Shown: in pieces, positions 22,519 through 35,519 of the stretch
Layout of the letters: each line of letters begins with the position of its first letter
Position numbering within the stretch: position 1 is the stretch's first letter
Assembly: GCA_036785375.1 (NCBI GenBank)
Contig: JAWMAR010000316.1
Coordinates: 372,001-436,000, forward strand
Direction of reading: 5' to 3'
Length of the DNA: 64,000 nt
Origin: Leucoraja ocellata
Lineage: Eukaryota
Notes under the pieces: generated by a model
Databases searched by the model: none
The model's input: only the letters and a program-made list of their open reading frames with translations
Told to the model about the DNA's origin: nothing
Made by a program: the position numbers and the translations under genes

Positions 22519-23430
22519 TTAAATATTTGCAGTCTGTAATTTTTTTTCTGCAAATAAAGCAGGTTTTGCCAACGGCTTATTATATAAAGTTCTGTGCTTC
22601 TTTCCCCCGACCATCCTGCTGTAGCCAGGATGTGGTCTATAGGCACGTCCATTCTTTTGACCGTCGACATGGATGCTGCCCTGGTGGAGTGAGATTTGTA
22701 CATGTTAGTGCTTATCCCAGCAGCTTTTAGCACCTGCTTGAGCCATCTCGAAATGGTTTGGCTCGTCACCCGACCATAAGGTTTTTTATGACTAACCCAT
22801 AAGGCTTTTTCACCCCCTCGAATATTTTTGGTTGTGTCTATGTAGGACAGTAGGTGGGTCATGGCACATAATCGTGGTTCTGGCGGGTAAGCCCGGAATT
22901 CCACGACTGGATTAGGTGTTCCTGGTCTGCTCTGTTTGATCAGTCCCTGGATAATAAAAGAGATCTGGTCTGGAGCTGTGATCATGTTGTCCAGTCGCAA
23001 TAGATGTAGTGACTGGACCCTCTGTGCAGATTCAAGTGCCATCAACATGAGTGTTTTGAGCGTAGATTGTTCCAGGTTGAGGGATCTGGCTGGTGGCCAT
23101 CCCCTGAGGTATGTCAGGACCACACTGACATCCCATATATGGGTGTACCTTGGTCTAGGGGGGTTAGAGTTGTAAATACCCTTCATTAGTTTGACCACCA
23201 GCGGGTGGGACCCCATGGCCTGTTGTCCTGGAACTTGTTTTAAATAGACAGACAGGGCACCTCTAGCTGTGTTGATGGCACTGTAGCTGAGTCCTTCATC
23301 GTGGTGAAGGTTCGCTAGGAATTCCAGTACGTTGGTAACTGTAGCGGTTGAGTAGGTGGTCCCTGCATCCAAGCAGTACTTCTCCCATTTTTTGATGCTG
23401 GACAAGTGCTGTTTTCTTGTGGATGTTCGG
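22519..23430 (-). pseudogene. DIRS copy A tyrosine recombinase, N-terminal deletion and frameshift before the catalytic Tyr
   Basis: SAQRVQSL, KSHSTRAAS, AGWS motifs; closely homologous to copy B YR. Confidence 0.88.
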
Positions 23431-25239
23431 AGGGATGTCGTGGAGTAATGGGAACCATGGCTGTGTAGGCCGGTCGGGTACTATCAAAATACCTGAAGCA
23501 GAGTCCATTTGTATTTTGCGTAGTACCCAGCTGATGCGGCAGAAGGGAGGAAATGCATAGAAGAAGAAATTTCCCCATGTCCAGCGCGAACGCTGCTGCT
23601 TCAGGGTCTGGTTCCCAAGCGACATACATAGGTACCTGGTGATTTAGCCTTGATGCAAATAGGTCAATATCTGGCGTGCCATGTTGCTTAATAATTTTTG
23701 CAAACACTTTGGGGTTTAACATCCATTCGGTGTTGTCATTAAATTTGCGTGACCTGGTGTCTACCACTGTATTTAGCTTACCTGGCAGGTAAGTTGCTGA
23801 TAGCCAAATATGTCTTACGATACACCATTGCCAAATTGCGTTGACCAATTTGTCGCATGATATCGATTTTATGCCGCCCATATGGTTAATGTAGGCCACC
23901 ACCGTAGTATTGTCTATTTGTAACCGAACATGCAAGTGATACATATTGGATGCATATGCTTTTAAACCATAAAAGGCACCCAACATCTCTAGATAGTTAA
24001 TGCCCAGTGTAAGTAGTAACGATGACTCTGGGTTAGTCCATCTACCACCTGTGCTGGATATGGAGTTAGTCGCTCCCCAGCCTTGAGCACTGGCATTTGT
24101 TTGGATAACTAAAGTAAGGTTAATGATGATGATAGGGCTGAAACTATGCCAAATGTTTTCTGCCCACCACTGTAGTTCTGATATTGCTTCAGTGGGTAAT
24201 TTCATGATACGATCATAATGACCTGCATGTCGTTTTAGTGCCTGTACCTTTGCTCTTTGTAAGTTTTGATAGTGCAAAGGTCCAAATTGTGTAGCCGGAA
24301 ATGCTGCTACCATTTCCCCAATTACTCTTGCTACTTGTCCAATAGTTGGTCGCTCGTTGACCGTTAAATTGTTGCATGATTGTGCCAATTCAGTTGTTTG
24401 GTCTTTTGGCAAAGTTACAGACATGTGGGCTGAGTTAATTGTGAAGCCCAAGTAGTCCATGGTTGTGGATGGCTTCAACTTAGATTTATCTGGATGTAAG
24501 ACAAATCCCAAGGTTTCGAACAACTGTTTGGTAGCTGACAGTTGATATAGCCAATTCCATGGTCTTGCCTACTATTAAGATATCATCAAGATATGTCATG
24601 ACAATATGTTTTTGTCTTCTTAATATTGCCAGTGCTGTTTTTAGTATCTTGGTGAATAATCTTGGGGCTGATGTTAACCCATTGGGTAATGCTTTAAACT
24701 GCCAAAGCTTCCCCATCCAGGTAAATTTCGGGTATCTGCGATGATCCTTGTGAATGGGTACTGAATAGTAAGCATCTTTGAGGTCAATGCTTGCCATGAA
24801 GTATCCTTTGGAAATCAGTTGTTTGGCAGTAACAAACATTTCCATTTTGAAATGTACATATTTAACAACCATATTTAGTGAAGTTAAGTCAATGATGATG
24901 CGACACCCACCATCTTTTTTAGTTTGAGTGAATATATTTGACACAAATTCCAAGGGTTCATGTTTTGTTTTTTCAATGATACCCTTAGTGATTAGTCTCA
25001 CCAGTTCAGCTTGTCCCTCTCGTTTCTCTTTAACTGAGAGGGAAAAGACCCTTTGGGGTGAATGTTGGTGGCAATTTTTCTAGTATAAATTGTATTCTGT
25101 ATCCACTAATGCTATTGAGTATATACTTGTCACTCATGATAGACTCCCATGCTTCCTTAAACAGGTGTAATCTCACCCCTGTTAGTATTGCGCCCCTACT
25201 TTATATATGCTGGTAGGAACCAGACCCACCTACCTCCAT
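23430..25239 (-). pseudogene. DIRS copy A RT / RNase H / N6-adenine methyltransferase-like ORF, disrupted
   Basis: IDLKDAY, LPNGL..APRLFTK, YLDD (RT); QTNASAQGWGA, INYLEM, IDNTTVVAYINHMGG (RNase H); PDIDLFAS and YAFPPF (MT motifs); early TAA after 12 codons plus frameshifts. Confidence 0.9.
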
Positions 25240-25241
25240 GG

Positions 25242-26425
25242 TTATGGGTGTTTCTTCTGTCTCTTCCCAGACCAGCGAGTCTTGCGCGTTGTCTGACGTG
25301 GCGGTGATGTTTGGGGGTGGCGCATTTTCCATGGGGTCCGCTCTGGGCCTTGGTCTAAAAAATACTTTAGGTGGTGATATGCGGACCCCAAGCTTTCACC
25401 AGTCCCATAGGGTAGACGTTGACTGGTGGACGCGATGGGGTGCTGCCGCTTAGGTATTGTTGTTTTGGGTTTGCACGTCCCGGGGCCTGCCCTCATGAGG
25501 CCGAACGTTTTAGGGGCCTCTTCCACATCCTTGACTTTTTTAGTGAGGTCTTTGCCAAAGAGCAGTGTGTTTGGCTCAGTGGTTGGGATTTTGCACAACC
25601 TGGCGAATTTTGGATTGAGGGCAGGTCTTATAATTTCTCTATTGTCCATAGAACGAGCAAATGATGTGATGGCTGACGTCAGGAGCCTGAGGATCTGCTG
25701 CAGTTTCATCTCCTGATTTTGAATATTTCTCCCAACGTGCCCCCAGATTTGGCTGTTGACTGCCGGCACTTTGAGTAATTCACAATTTTCAGGAGCTGTG
25801 TATAATTCTAAGACCTCATTGACCACCTGCTCCTGTAGGGGCCTGTTGGAGAGGTGGTTAATGCCGGCCGTTAGTTAGGCTCTAATGGCCTTCCTGCACG
25901 TGGGGCTGCCACGTAGCGGTCCACCACACCCAGCAGCTCTTCCTGTTCCTGCACCCCTGGCATACTCCCGACTTCTTCAGCCAGCATCCCCTCTTCCTGA
26001 CCAGCCCAGTCCTGGTCGCCAAAGCTGCCCTCGGGTGAGGAGGAAGCAATGGGCAGTGCACAAGGCACTGTGGAGGGAGTGCCTGAACTCCCCCTGCGAG
26101 ACTGCCCCTCATGCAGCGAGTCTCGCTGGATCACCTGCTCCAGGAGCCGCTCCATGCGGCTCAGGCGGCTGTCTCTTCCCCGAACGGGTGGTGAGACGTC
26201 CCTGTCCGACGAGTCGGAAACCACCGGCCGGATGCTCTTCATGGTGGCTTTCCAACCAGTCCGCTGCTCAGGTGCTAGCGGGACTGGGCTCGGCCCGGTG
26301 TCGGGGATGGCGGAGCGCTGGGTAAGCGGTCCTACCGCCTCCTGCCCCCCACCGATGGAACGCTCCTCCGTCGGAGTCGAGCGGGGGACAGATTTCTTCG
26401 AGAGCCTTTTCTTGATCGAACTCAT
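25242..26425 (-). pseudogene. DIRS copy A ORF1 (gag-like), frameshifted near 25875 with a ~25-codon deletion
   Basis: ORFs 25871-26425 and 25242-25826 align in pieces with copy B gag (EELLGVVxRY, YTAPENCE, IRPALNP, GLMRAGPG). Confidence 0.85.
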
Positions 26426-28084
26426 GTCTGAAAAACAAATCAGAAGGCTCTCCTTGCAAAAGAAAAGCCGACCTCAGAGTAACTTACCTGACGGTCCGTC
26501 TTTTAAACTGTAGCGGGAGCGCCTGACTCCCGCTGCGGCCGCTGTTGCACTGCTGAATGCAATGCCGCGCATGCGTGCTGAGCGGGCTCTTCACGTAGTC
26601 ACTCACGTGGCTCCGATGTAAATTAGAGCATTAGAGGCAGTCTTGGAGCCACTTATTAGATTAATTTCGGGGAGGGTTATTTGAGCATGAAAAGCTAAAA
26701 ATAGATTGACCTATATTTATTCAAGTTTGGGAGAATGAGGGGAGATCTAATTGAAACACTTAATTACTAAGCGACATAACAGGATAACAGATGTTGAGAT
26801 GTTCCACGAGTGGAAGAGCGAGGAAAGAGGAGACAGAGATACAAGATAAATTGGTAATTTAGCACTGAGATACGAAGAATTTCCCTCCTGCAAAGAGTGA
26901 AGGATCTCTGGATTTCATTAGGCTGGAAGCGATCTGAAAGCTAGTTTACTAAGGATATTTTGGGAAGGTAGATAAACATTTGAATCATCAAGGAACTGAG
27001 GGCAATGATGTACCGGCACAGATGAAGAATTGGGGTCTGGGGCAGATCAGCCATGGTCACATTGATTGTTGGGGCAGGTGTGAGGGGCAGATGGCCTAGT
27101 CCTACTCTGATTTTGCTCTTTTCCTGTTTATGCCATGATGTGGCCCCCTCAATGGAGACATATAGAGAATAAATGAAATGTAGGCAAATGAAAGTAAAGA
27201 TATATCAGGGCTGTAATCAATGCCATTTGTGACATTTACATTTTATTCCAGCGTGGAAAAATACCTCTCTAGGTATAATTCTGGGAGATTTCATTGGAGA
27301 TGCTGTTACAGTCAGGGTAAGAGTTCCTCTGAGAAACAATAACCGCAGCGTAATTGGATTCAATAGACAGTGAAAGAGAGGGAAAACAGTGAAAAGTATT
27401 TGGCTGGGGAATGAAAAATCAATGATTAAGAACTAAATTTGTTCAGATAAGCTGGAAAAGAGCCAAAATCAAAAAGAAGTAAAATACACAGTGTTCAACA
27501 AGAAAAAGGAGGGGGAGGGAATGGAGGACTTAATCCCACATGAGCTAAAGATAATGCTCTGGGAATTAATGGAGAGATTAAAATGACATCTCATTAAAGC
27601 AATGTGACTGATCTGAGTAGTGGTATGAAGCAAATTTTATAGAATATAACAAAGTGAAAAACATCAGTTGAGCAGGGGAATGAAGAATAAATAGCAAGTT
27701 ATAAGAAAGGAAATAATAAAGGATTTTATAGATGCACAACAAGTCCATAAAGAAACTGAGCACCAGACATAGTCCATTAGTGATACCTAACTAGCTCAGG
27801 CTGAAGCTGATAGAAAATTTGGATTAGAAATCCATCAGCACCAGTGTTTGGATGTTTAACCTTAATTACAGTAAATGTATCCCTACCACCTTTTTCAAAG
27901 ACTGTTATAAACTGCAACATTTATTAGTATGTTGAAATATGGCGTTACTGTGTTCTCCCACCCTACATTGGGAATGCCAGGCACCACTAGTCAAATTATT
28001 GTTGCTACCTGAACCTAGAGTACATTAAACTGCCAATAAAGACACTGGCTCACACAAGAAACCATCAGAGTGTGTTTTAGTTTT

Positions 28085-28410
28085 TAGATTTAGTGATACA
28101 ACGCAGAAACAGGCCCTTGGCCCAGCGAGTCCGCACCGACCAGCGATCCCTGCACATTAACACAATCCTACACATTAACACAATCCTACACACACTGGGG
28201 ACAATTTACACTTACACCGAGCCAATTAACCTACAAACCTGTACGTCGTTGGAGTGTGGGAGGAAACCAAAGATCCCTGAGAAAACCTAAGAGGTCACAG
28301 GGAGAAAGTACAAACTCCGTACAGAGAGCACCCGTAGTTGGGATCGAACCCGGGTCTCAGGTGCTGCAGCGCTGCAAGGCAGCAATTCTATCGCTGCGCC
28401 ACTGTGCCGC
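28085..28410 (-). mobile_element. tRNA-derived SINE (HE1/V-SINE-like)
   Basis: A box tggcgcagcg, B box ggttcgatcc, ggtttcctcccaca core, CR1-like tail gggcctgtttc. Confidence 0.85.
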
Positions 28411-30325
28411 TCAATTGATCAATTGATGGCTATCGCAGTGATTACCAAGGACAGGTGAGTGCTCCTGAGTTCATTGACAGGAACCTTAAGAGGCTGCTCT
28501 ACCACACCACGTACAGAAAGAATGTCCCCCATTCAAAGTGACCATCCTTGTGGACGGGCACATAAACCTGGCAGGAAGGCTCCAAGGATATGAATGCAAC
28601 CTGGATATACATGAATTTTAAAGAAATCCACAATGTAAGGAAGTGTCCTTGTGTGACATGAAATCTATTTGAAAGGTGTATAGAGCATCAATGGCCCCAG
28701 TAACACACCGGAGATCCCCAAACCATATAGTATGGCAGATGCCATCCACGTGGCTAAAATGTCCAACTGTGGCAAAATGAAAGTGAGTGCAGCCCCAATC
28801 CATGGGGGGCTGGGAGCATTATTTTTGTGCACGATGAGCAGAGTTTTATTCAGACAAACGGACAGAGGAAGATAGTTTTAACTGCAGTATACAGGGTGTG
28901 CAATTGTAGAATAAAAATAAGACACAAGGAACTGCAGACGCTGGAATTTCTGTAGAACACAAAGTGTTGTTGTAACTCAGCAGTTCAGGCAGCAGGTCAG
29001 GCAGTGTCTCTGAGATGCTGCCTGACTCGCTAAGTTACTCGAGCACTTTGGGTTCTATTGTGTAGAATAACCTGTGAGCATGCAACATGTGCATTCAATG
29101 CACATTTACAGTGACTGAGAAGGGCACAAATTGCTGGTGTAACTCAGCGGGTCAGGCAGCATTCCTGGAGAACATGGCTACGTGATGTTTTGGGTCGGAA
29201 CCCTTCTACAGTGACAGACTCTTTAAATATTGTTCAAATTTAGTCTTCAGTGTTAGTAAAAAATGGTTGTTCTGTGAATTAATATTACCCATGTTTAAAA
29301 GGTGGTGAAAGTCTGGATGAAGACAAACTTTGGAGATTGACTATTGCTGATGTCATTTGGGGAGTTCGATGCTAGTACAGCATTGATTAGGCACAAGAAA
29401 ATCTTGCATCAAAATCATATGGTATTAATAACTAACATTAATGCATCCAGAAATGGGTGCATAATTGCTCAACAATTTGCAAGTAATTTTTGTCTGTTTG
29501 ATGATGCCTAATTTTTCAGTTGCACAGGTGAATTCATTTGCCTTTGGTGTCTTAATAGACTTCATATACAACAGTGCAAAAATTAAGAACGTAAGGCTAA
29601 TGTTGAAATTAGCCAAGATAACAAAAAATATATTTAATGTCGTATTTCATGATCAAAATTTATCAGGCCAAAGCAAGTACAGTGTTGTAGTCACCAAGAC
29701 AATTGTTATGAAAATATAACCTAGTAATTCTTCAAAGGAACCAAAGTAGCTATTTGAAATAAATGAAAACACAAGTGCGTAGGGGAGTGAAATGTACTTC
29801 ACAATGCTAGTGGTGCAGTAAGTGATCTCTTTTGCACAATAAAGTGTCGTATTTGAATGACAGAACTGTATATTCTTGATAGTGAATCTTTGGTTATATT
29901 ATGGAATCTGCTCTTTACTAAATATCTTGACAAACATATGTAGAACTGCGTGAAAGTTACTTTTTTCATTCTCATTTTAGATCACAGACCTACTGCTCGG
30001 TGTCTGGGGACAAGGCAATCAGGGGAATGTGTTGTCAGCCTTTGCAAGCAGCAAAGATTGCCCAGGGACAGAGAGGAAAGGCTGGAAACACCATCCATGT
30101 TAGTAATTATCTCTTGGCATCAAAGGCAGGTATCTCTCCCAAAAGCTGCAGTCACTGCTCTACTTACCGCCCAGGATAAACACCAGCATAATTGCTGGAG
30201 GATGATGCAGCAGAACTGTCCACAGTACAGAGGATATTAAAGTGCAAGCAACAAATTAAATATTTTCTAATTGTGGCTAATTTAATAAGCAAAAAGGAAA
30301 GTCCTTTCAGAGATATTCAGCTCAC

Positions 30326-30469
30326 CGTAACAACTCCCATTCTTTGTGAAATAGCCAAGTCCACAGTTGGCAACACAGGCACCATTTTTCAGTTGAAACG
30401 ATGGATCCCTGCAGTTAACACAATCATTCTCTGCAGAACCACGGCACGACGAGCAGGATTCATGACAAG
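30326..30469 (-). CDS. FRAS1: FRAS1 coding exon, furin-like repeat (CHESCSSCRGSAENDCVNCRDPSFQLKNGACVANCGLGYFTKNGSCY)
   Basis: 144 bp, acceptor catttctcag, donor gtgagc, phase 1-1. Confidence 0.93.
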
Positions 30470-30949
30470 CTGAGAAATGCATTTAAAAGTAATTGTCAGA
30501 CTTCTGCCAAAATATTAAAACTCAAAATCACAAGCTTTAAGTTAATAATGAGCCTTCAATTTAACTGAACCCTCCAATGTTCAGACAAACATTATCATAT
30601 ATTCTGAGGGTCTTAAGTTACATGAAACCTCATGCCTACGTAGGCATGTGCTAATTATGTATAATGCAGAACAAATAAATAAGATGAATGTGTCCCACTC
30701 AGGGAAGAGGGATGCACAGCGGATAAAGGTTAGAGAAGATTACTATTTGCTCCAAGATGATATCAGTTTAAAAAAATATTTTCCAACACTTTAATAGTAG
30801 CTTGAGGAATGCTGTGCAAAGGGTTTTGCCCTTCGTTGATACCCTTGACAGCAGGCAGGTGTAATAGAGCAGGCACTCACCAACTTCATCCAAAACAGGT
30901 TGCTCAATTTTGGCAAAGGTTACCAGTTATTGCTTCCTGATCTTGAAAC

Positions 30950-31228
30950 TTTAGTTTAGTTTAGAGATACAGCACAGAAACGGGCCCTTTGGTCCACCGG
31001 GTCGGCACCAACCAGCAATCTCCGTACACTAACACAATTTACAATCTTTACCAAAGCCAATTAACCTTCAAACCTGCACATCTTTGGTGTGTGGGTGGAA
31101 ACCTAGAGAAAGCCCACGTGGTCACGGGGAGAACGAATAAGCTCTGTACAGACAGCACCCATATTCAGGATCGGACCTGGGTCTCTGGCACTATAAGGCA
31201 GCGACCCCATCACTGCGCCACCATGCCA
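30950..31228 (-). mobile_element. tRNA-derived SINE (HE1-like)
   Basis: Same family as 28085-28410; (TAAAC)n tail. Confidence 0.8.
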
Positions 31229-31449
31229 TCTGCCACTTCAGTAAAGTTTCTGTTTAAGGTCCTGTTGTATGTCCCTGGATGAGTGTGCAGAATGGCACAC
31301 AAAGCTACACATCATCAGAATGGAGCTTGCTGGTGCAGAACAATGCCCTCCCTGCGTAAACAATTAATGCACTGGTACCCTGTGATGTGGGAGTGGAAAT
31401 GGTCAGAGAACCAGGGCTCAGAATGGCCACTGCAGACAGAAAACAAATA

Positions 31450-32010
31450 CTCTGCAAATCACTCCCCTAGTCTGCACTTGGTCTCATCCATGAAGAGGAG
31501 GCCACACTGCAAACACTGAATGCTGTGGATAAGATTGGTGAAGGTGTACATGAATCTTTCTCTCGCCTGGAATGGTTCTTTAGGTCCATGGGCGACGGCT
31601 AGGGAGAAGGTGGAGGAACAAGTGTTACACCTCCTGTGGTTGCAGGGACATGTGCCAGGATAAGGGAGGGGTGGGTGGAGAGGGGTGTGCAGACCAAGGA
31701 GTCACAGTGCGAGAGGTCCCTGTGGAAGGCAGAAAGGGGTAAGGAGAAGATTTGGCTAGTGGTGGGAGGTGTTGCAGCTGGCTGGAATGATGAAGGATGA
31801 TGTGCAAGATGCAGTGGAATGTGGGGTGACAGGCGAGGGCTAAGGGAACACAGTCTCTATTTTGTTTGGAGGGAGGTGGGATGAGAGCAGAAGTTCAAGA
31901 AACAGAGGGAATGTGAGGGAGAGCTCCATAACTGTAGTAGAAGGGAATCGCATGTTCTGAACAAAAGATAATCTTTCAGACACTGTGGAATGCAAGGTCT
32001 CACTTTGGCA
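31450..32010 (-). mobile_element. Degraded Penelope-like fragment
   Basis: Recognisably homologous to 39200-39770. Confidence 0.6.
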
Positions 32011-34899
32011 GCAGATTCCATATTCCAGTTGTTTCTTGTGTCTAGATTTAAAGATTAGGTTTGACAATTGTAATGCAAGTGACAAAGTCAAGGTCACTCT
32101 TTGTTAAACTGTGAAACTGGAAGCAACTTTCAGCAGATTTTAAATATTCATTTAAACAGAGCATTCCAGTATGTCTGTCAACACTATTTCCCACAAGGTG
32201 CATCTGATGCAGTTTCTAGTAATATAAAAATGGAAATCAGTGAACCGTGAAAACTTAAACTATTTACAAATCAATCTTTCTGTAATAATGCCTGAAAATG
32301 TAATACCCTGCTGAATGAAGTGTAACTAAGACTTTAAGTCGCAATTACAGAATAACATCTTTCCTGATCATAACATAGGAATGTTGTAAATGCAAATCTT
32401 TATTCCTGCAGATAAATACTTGTTTCTTTAAGCTGTTAAAAATGAATAAAATGTTTACAATATTTCAGCAGCCATCCTAATCTTAGGAATATGCTCCGAT
32501 GTGTGTTTTGCACTGTGAAAAGCCTAGTGTACATAAAAGATGTATTTATTTATTTCCTGATTTGTTGCTCGATAAAGTTGTTCAATGTCATTGGCTCCTC
32601 CGCCAGTGCAGTGACAGAAAAACTTTATGCTTAACAGCAAATAACACTGAGAAAGCAGGTGAAATTAGAAAAAGAACTGCAGCTGCTGGAAGTCTGAAAA
32701 TAAAAACACTGGAAACATTCATAAAGCCAGGCAGCATCTGTGGAAATAGATTTCAGATCAAAGACCTTTCAGCAAAACCGTGTGGGGGGAAAAATAAGTC
32801 ATTCTTGACCTGTTGAATGTTTCCAACATTTTCTGTTTTTATTGTAAGCTGTGTAAAATAATGAATGTGCCGGTATCCTGTAATTCTTAATAGTCATCTG
32901 CCAAATAAGAATATCAAAACCATAGCAAAAGATAGCATTCTGAGGAAGGATTAAAAAAAAAGTCTGGGGATACAAGCAATCTGCTGGAGGGACCCAATGG
33001 GTTGAGCAGTATCTGTGAGAGTGGGGAGAGGGTTGGGGGGAGGAATTGTTGACGTTTGTGGTCAAAAACTCAGAGTGCAGAGGGAAGGTAGTCGGCATGA
33101 AGAGGAGTGAGGCCAGTGGCTGATTGGTGGACCAAGGAAGGAAGGATACTTCTACACCAGAGGACGAAGGACAAAAGGACAAAGGACATTTATTGTCACA
33201 TACACCAAATGATGTAGTGAAATTTGTCAGAGGGATTGTTGTAGCAACTTTCTTCAAGGTCAGTGGTGAGAATAATTTATTTGCCTTTGAACAGAAAACC
33301 TGGATCAATTCGAGCAGTTGAACAGAAAGATTAAGTAATTACATATTAATCCATTTGTCTTTTAGTTACGCAAACATAAATTTGACAATCGTGGTATATT
33401 TTCAATTATAAAGTAAATGATTAGTCAAGAGGCTACAAATAAGACAACAAAAAAATGCAGCTTAAATGTGGCTTAAAGGAAAAAAATTTCCGTAAAGGAG
33501 ATTTAATTAAGTGTCAAACCACAGAAAATATATCCCAATATTTACATTTAAATGTGCTTTTTTAAATTTCTATTAGTTGCACTGAGTAATGATTTATTGA
33601 GTATCTGTTACAATGCCATATTTCTTGGTAACATTTTATCTTTATGCTACTTTATTTCTCTAAACGGCTATCAATGCAGTCTTCTTTCTCAACCTCAGTC
33701 ATGGATACCACCCTTCAGCTCGTGTCCATACTAACCATCAAACATTCCATATTCTCATCAGCTCCCTCCTGATTCTACCACCCACCCTCACACTAGGAAT
33801 AATTTACAGTGGCTACTTAATGTACCAACCTGCAAAATATTGGATGCAGTTGAGAAATTTAGGATGTGGGAGGAAACTGGAGCACCCGAAGGAAACCCAC
33901 GCAGTCACAGGGGAAACCCAGACAGTACTCAAGGCCAGCATTAAACCCTGGTCTCTGTGGCTGTGAGGCAACATTTCTACTAGACGCACCACTATGAGAG
34001 CTGTGGAATGTTATGCCCATTGACAGCATAAAACCATTCAGTTCAAGAAAATCCCACGGTCATACCTTATTCTGTCCCAGGCTAATTTACCTGTACTGGG
34101 GGTGGCAATTAATTTGCCTTAGTACTTCCAGATTATGGAGGCAATAACTGGTCACAGCTCATGATCCTTGGACCCTGATAGTGAGGTTTTTATCTTCTAC
34201 TCTAAATGCGCCTGCAGTTAGTAATTGAACAACTTTCTCTGCCTTGGGTCAGTTATAAACAATGAACATTTTGGAATCATCTGTGTTATTGAAATATATT
34301 GTTGAGCCATGACTTACAAGCAGCAGGTGGGAGAAGTCCAGCATGATAGATATTATTGAAATTATGTTGCAAATCACCGAACACCTGAATCACTGCACAA
34401 TAAATTAATATAAAACTTACTTGCTATAATAATTTGCGCCGGTTTTATAAAATGGTTCTGACAGTGCCGTAACTCCCAACTTTTCTTGAGAGCTCTGCAT
34501 AATCTTCTATACCATGCACCTCATATTACCTATCCACCAACTTTTATGGTCAATATGATGTGTATTGACAGCACATTATTTTATTGTTAATGATGAAAGT
34601 GCGGATGATTTAATTCTTTGCACTCGCCATGGTTCCAGAAACAGGGAACTGAAGCTGTACTGCAATCTCTCGCAAATACTTGAGGCCCCACTCATGAAGA
34701 GAACAGCTGTTTCAGCATGTCTGATCCATCTAAACAATTCTCACTAACACGCTCTCACTGTCTCACAAAATACCCATGATATTTTTTCTATGCAATATTA
34801 TCTGTTCCCAACCTGCCCCTGATCAAGGCTGCCAAAGCACAGGAACAAGGAGTGACTGAAACAACAATGTTTGGAAACTTACGCAAAGTATTAATTACT

Positions 34900-35210
34900 T
34901 TAGTTTAGTTTAGTTTAGAGATACAGCGTGGAAAAAGGACCTTCAGCCCACCGAGTCTGCGCCGACCAACAATCCCCGCACATTTACACTATCCTACACA
35001 CACTAGAGACTATTTACAATTTTACCAAAACCAATTAACCTGCAAACCTGTACGTCTTCGGAGAATGGGAGGAAACCCAAACTCACAGAGAAAACACACG
35101 CAGGTCATGGGGAGAACGTACAAACTCCATACAGACAGCACTCATGGTCAGGATCGAACCTGGGTCTCTAACGCTGAACAGCAGCCTCTATCGCTGCTCC
35201 ACCATGCTGT
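34900..35210 (-). mobile_element. tRNA-derived SINE (HE1-like)
   Basis: B box ggttcgatcc, (TAAAC)n tail. Confidence 0.8.
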
Positions 35211-35519
35211 CCTCAATCGAGTAATTTATATTAATGTGTTATGGATTGATTTTGGTTCTCTTTCAATTTACAAAACAATTTCCATAATATCTATCCTGCC
35301 TAATTGCTTCTTCAATACCCATGTAGTTCATGTACTTTGGAAATATTGGGTGCAGTTGAGAAATTTGTGGGTCCATCTAAGGTGACAATTCTGTGTTGTA
35401 ATGAAAGGAATGACATATGTCTGTGCAGACTGAGGGAGAGGTACACTGTTGTTTCGGAGTAGACTGAGAGAATGCTACGCTGTCAGGAGTGCAATCTTCT
35501 AGTGTAAAATTATGCAGGA

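Larger units (their letters stand above)
18225..26624 (-). mobile_element. DIRS1-like tyrosine-recombinase retrotransposon, copy A (older, decayed; interrupted by copy B)
   Basis: 5' ITR near 26563-26624, gag-RT/RNaseH/MT-YR order, ICR 18451-18563, 3' ITR plus extension 18225-18333; about 4.6 kb without the nested copy; stops, frameshifts and ICR mismatches. Confidence 0.93.

Noticed and set aside
22356-23405. 349-aa ORF as an intact tyrosine recombinase
   Set aside because: It frameshifts before the catalytic Tyr and reads through into copy B's terminal repeat; the N-terminus is also deleted.
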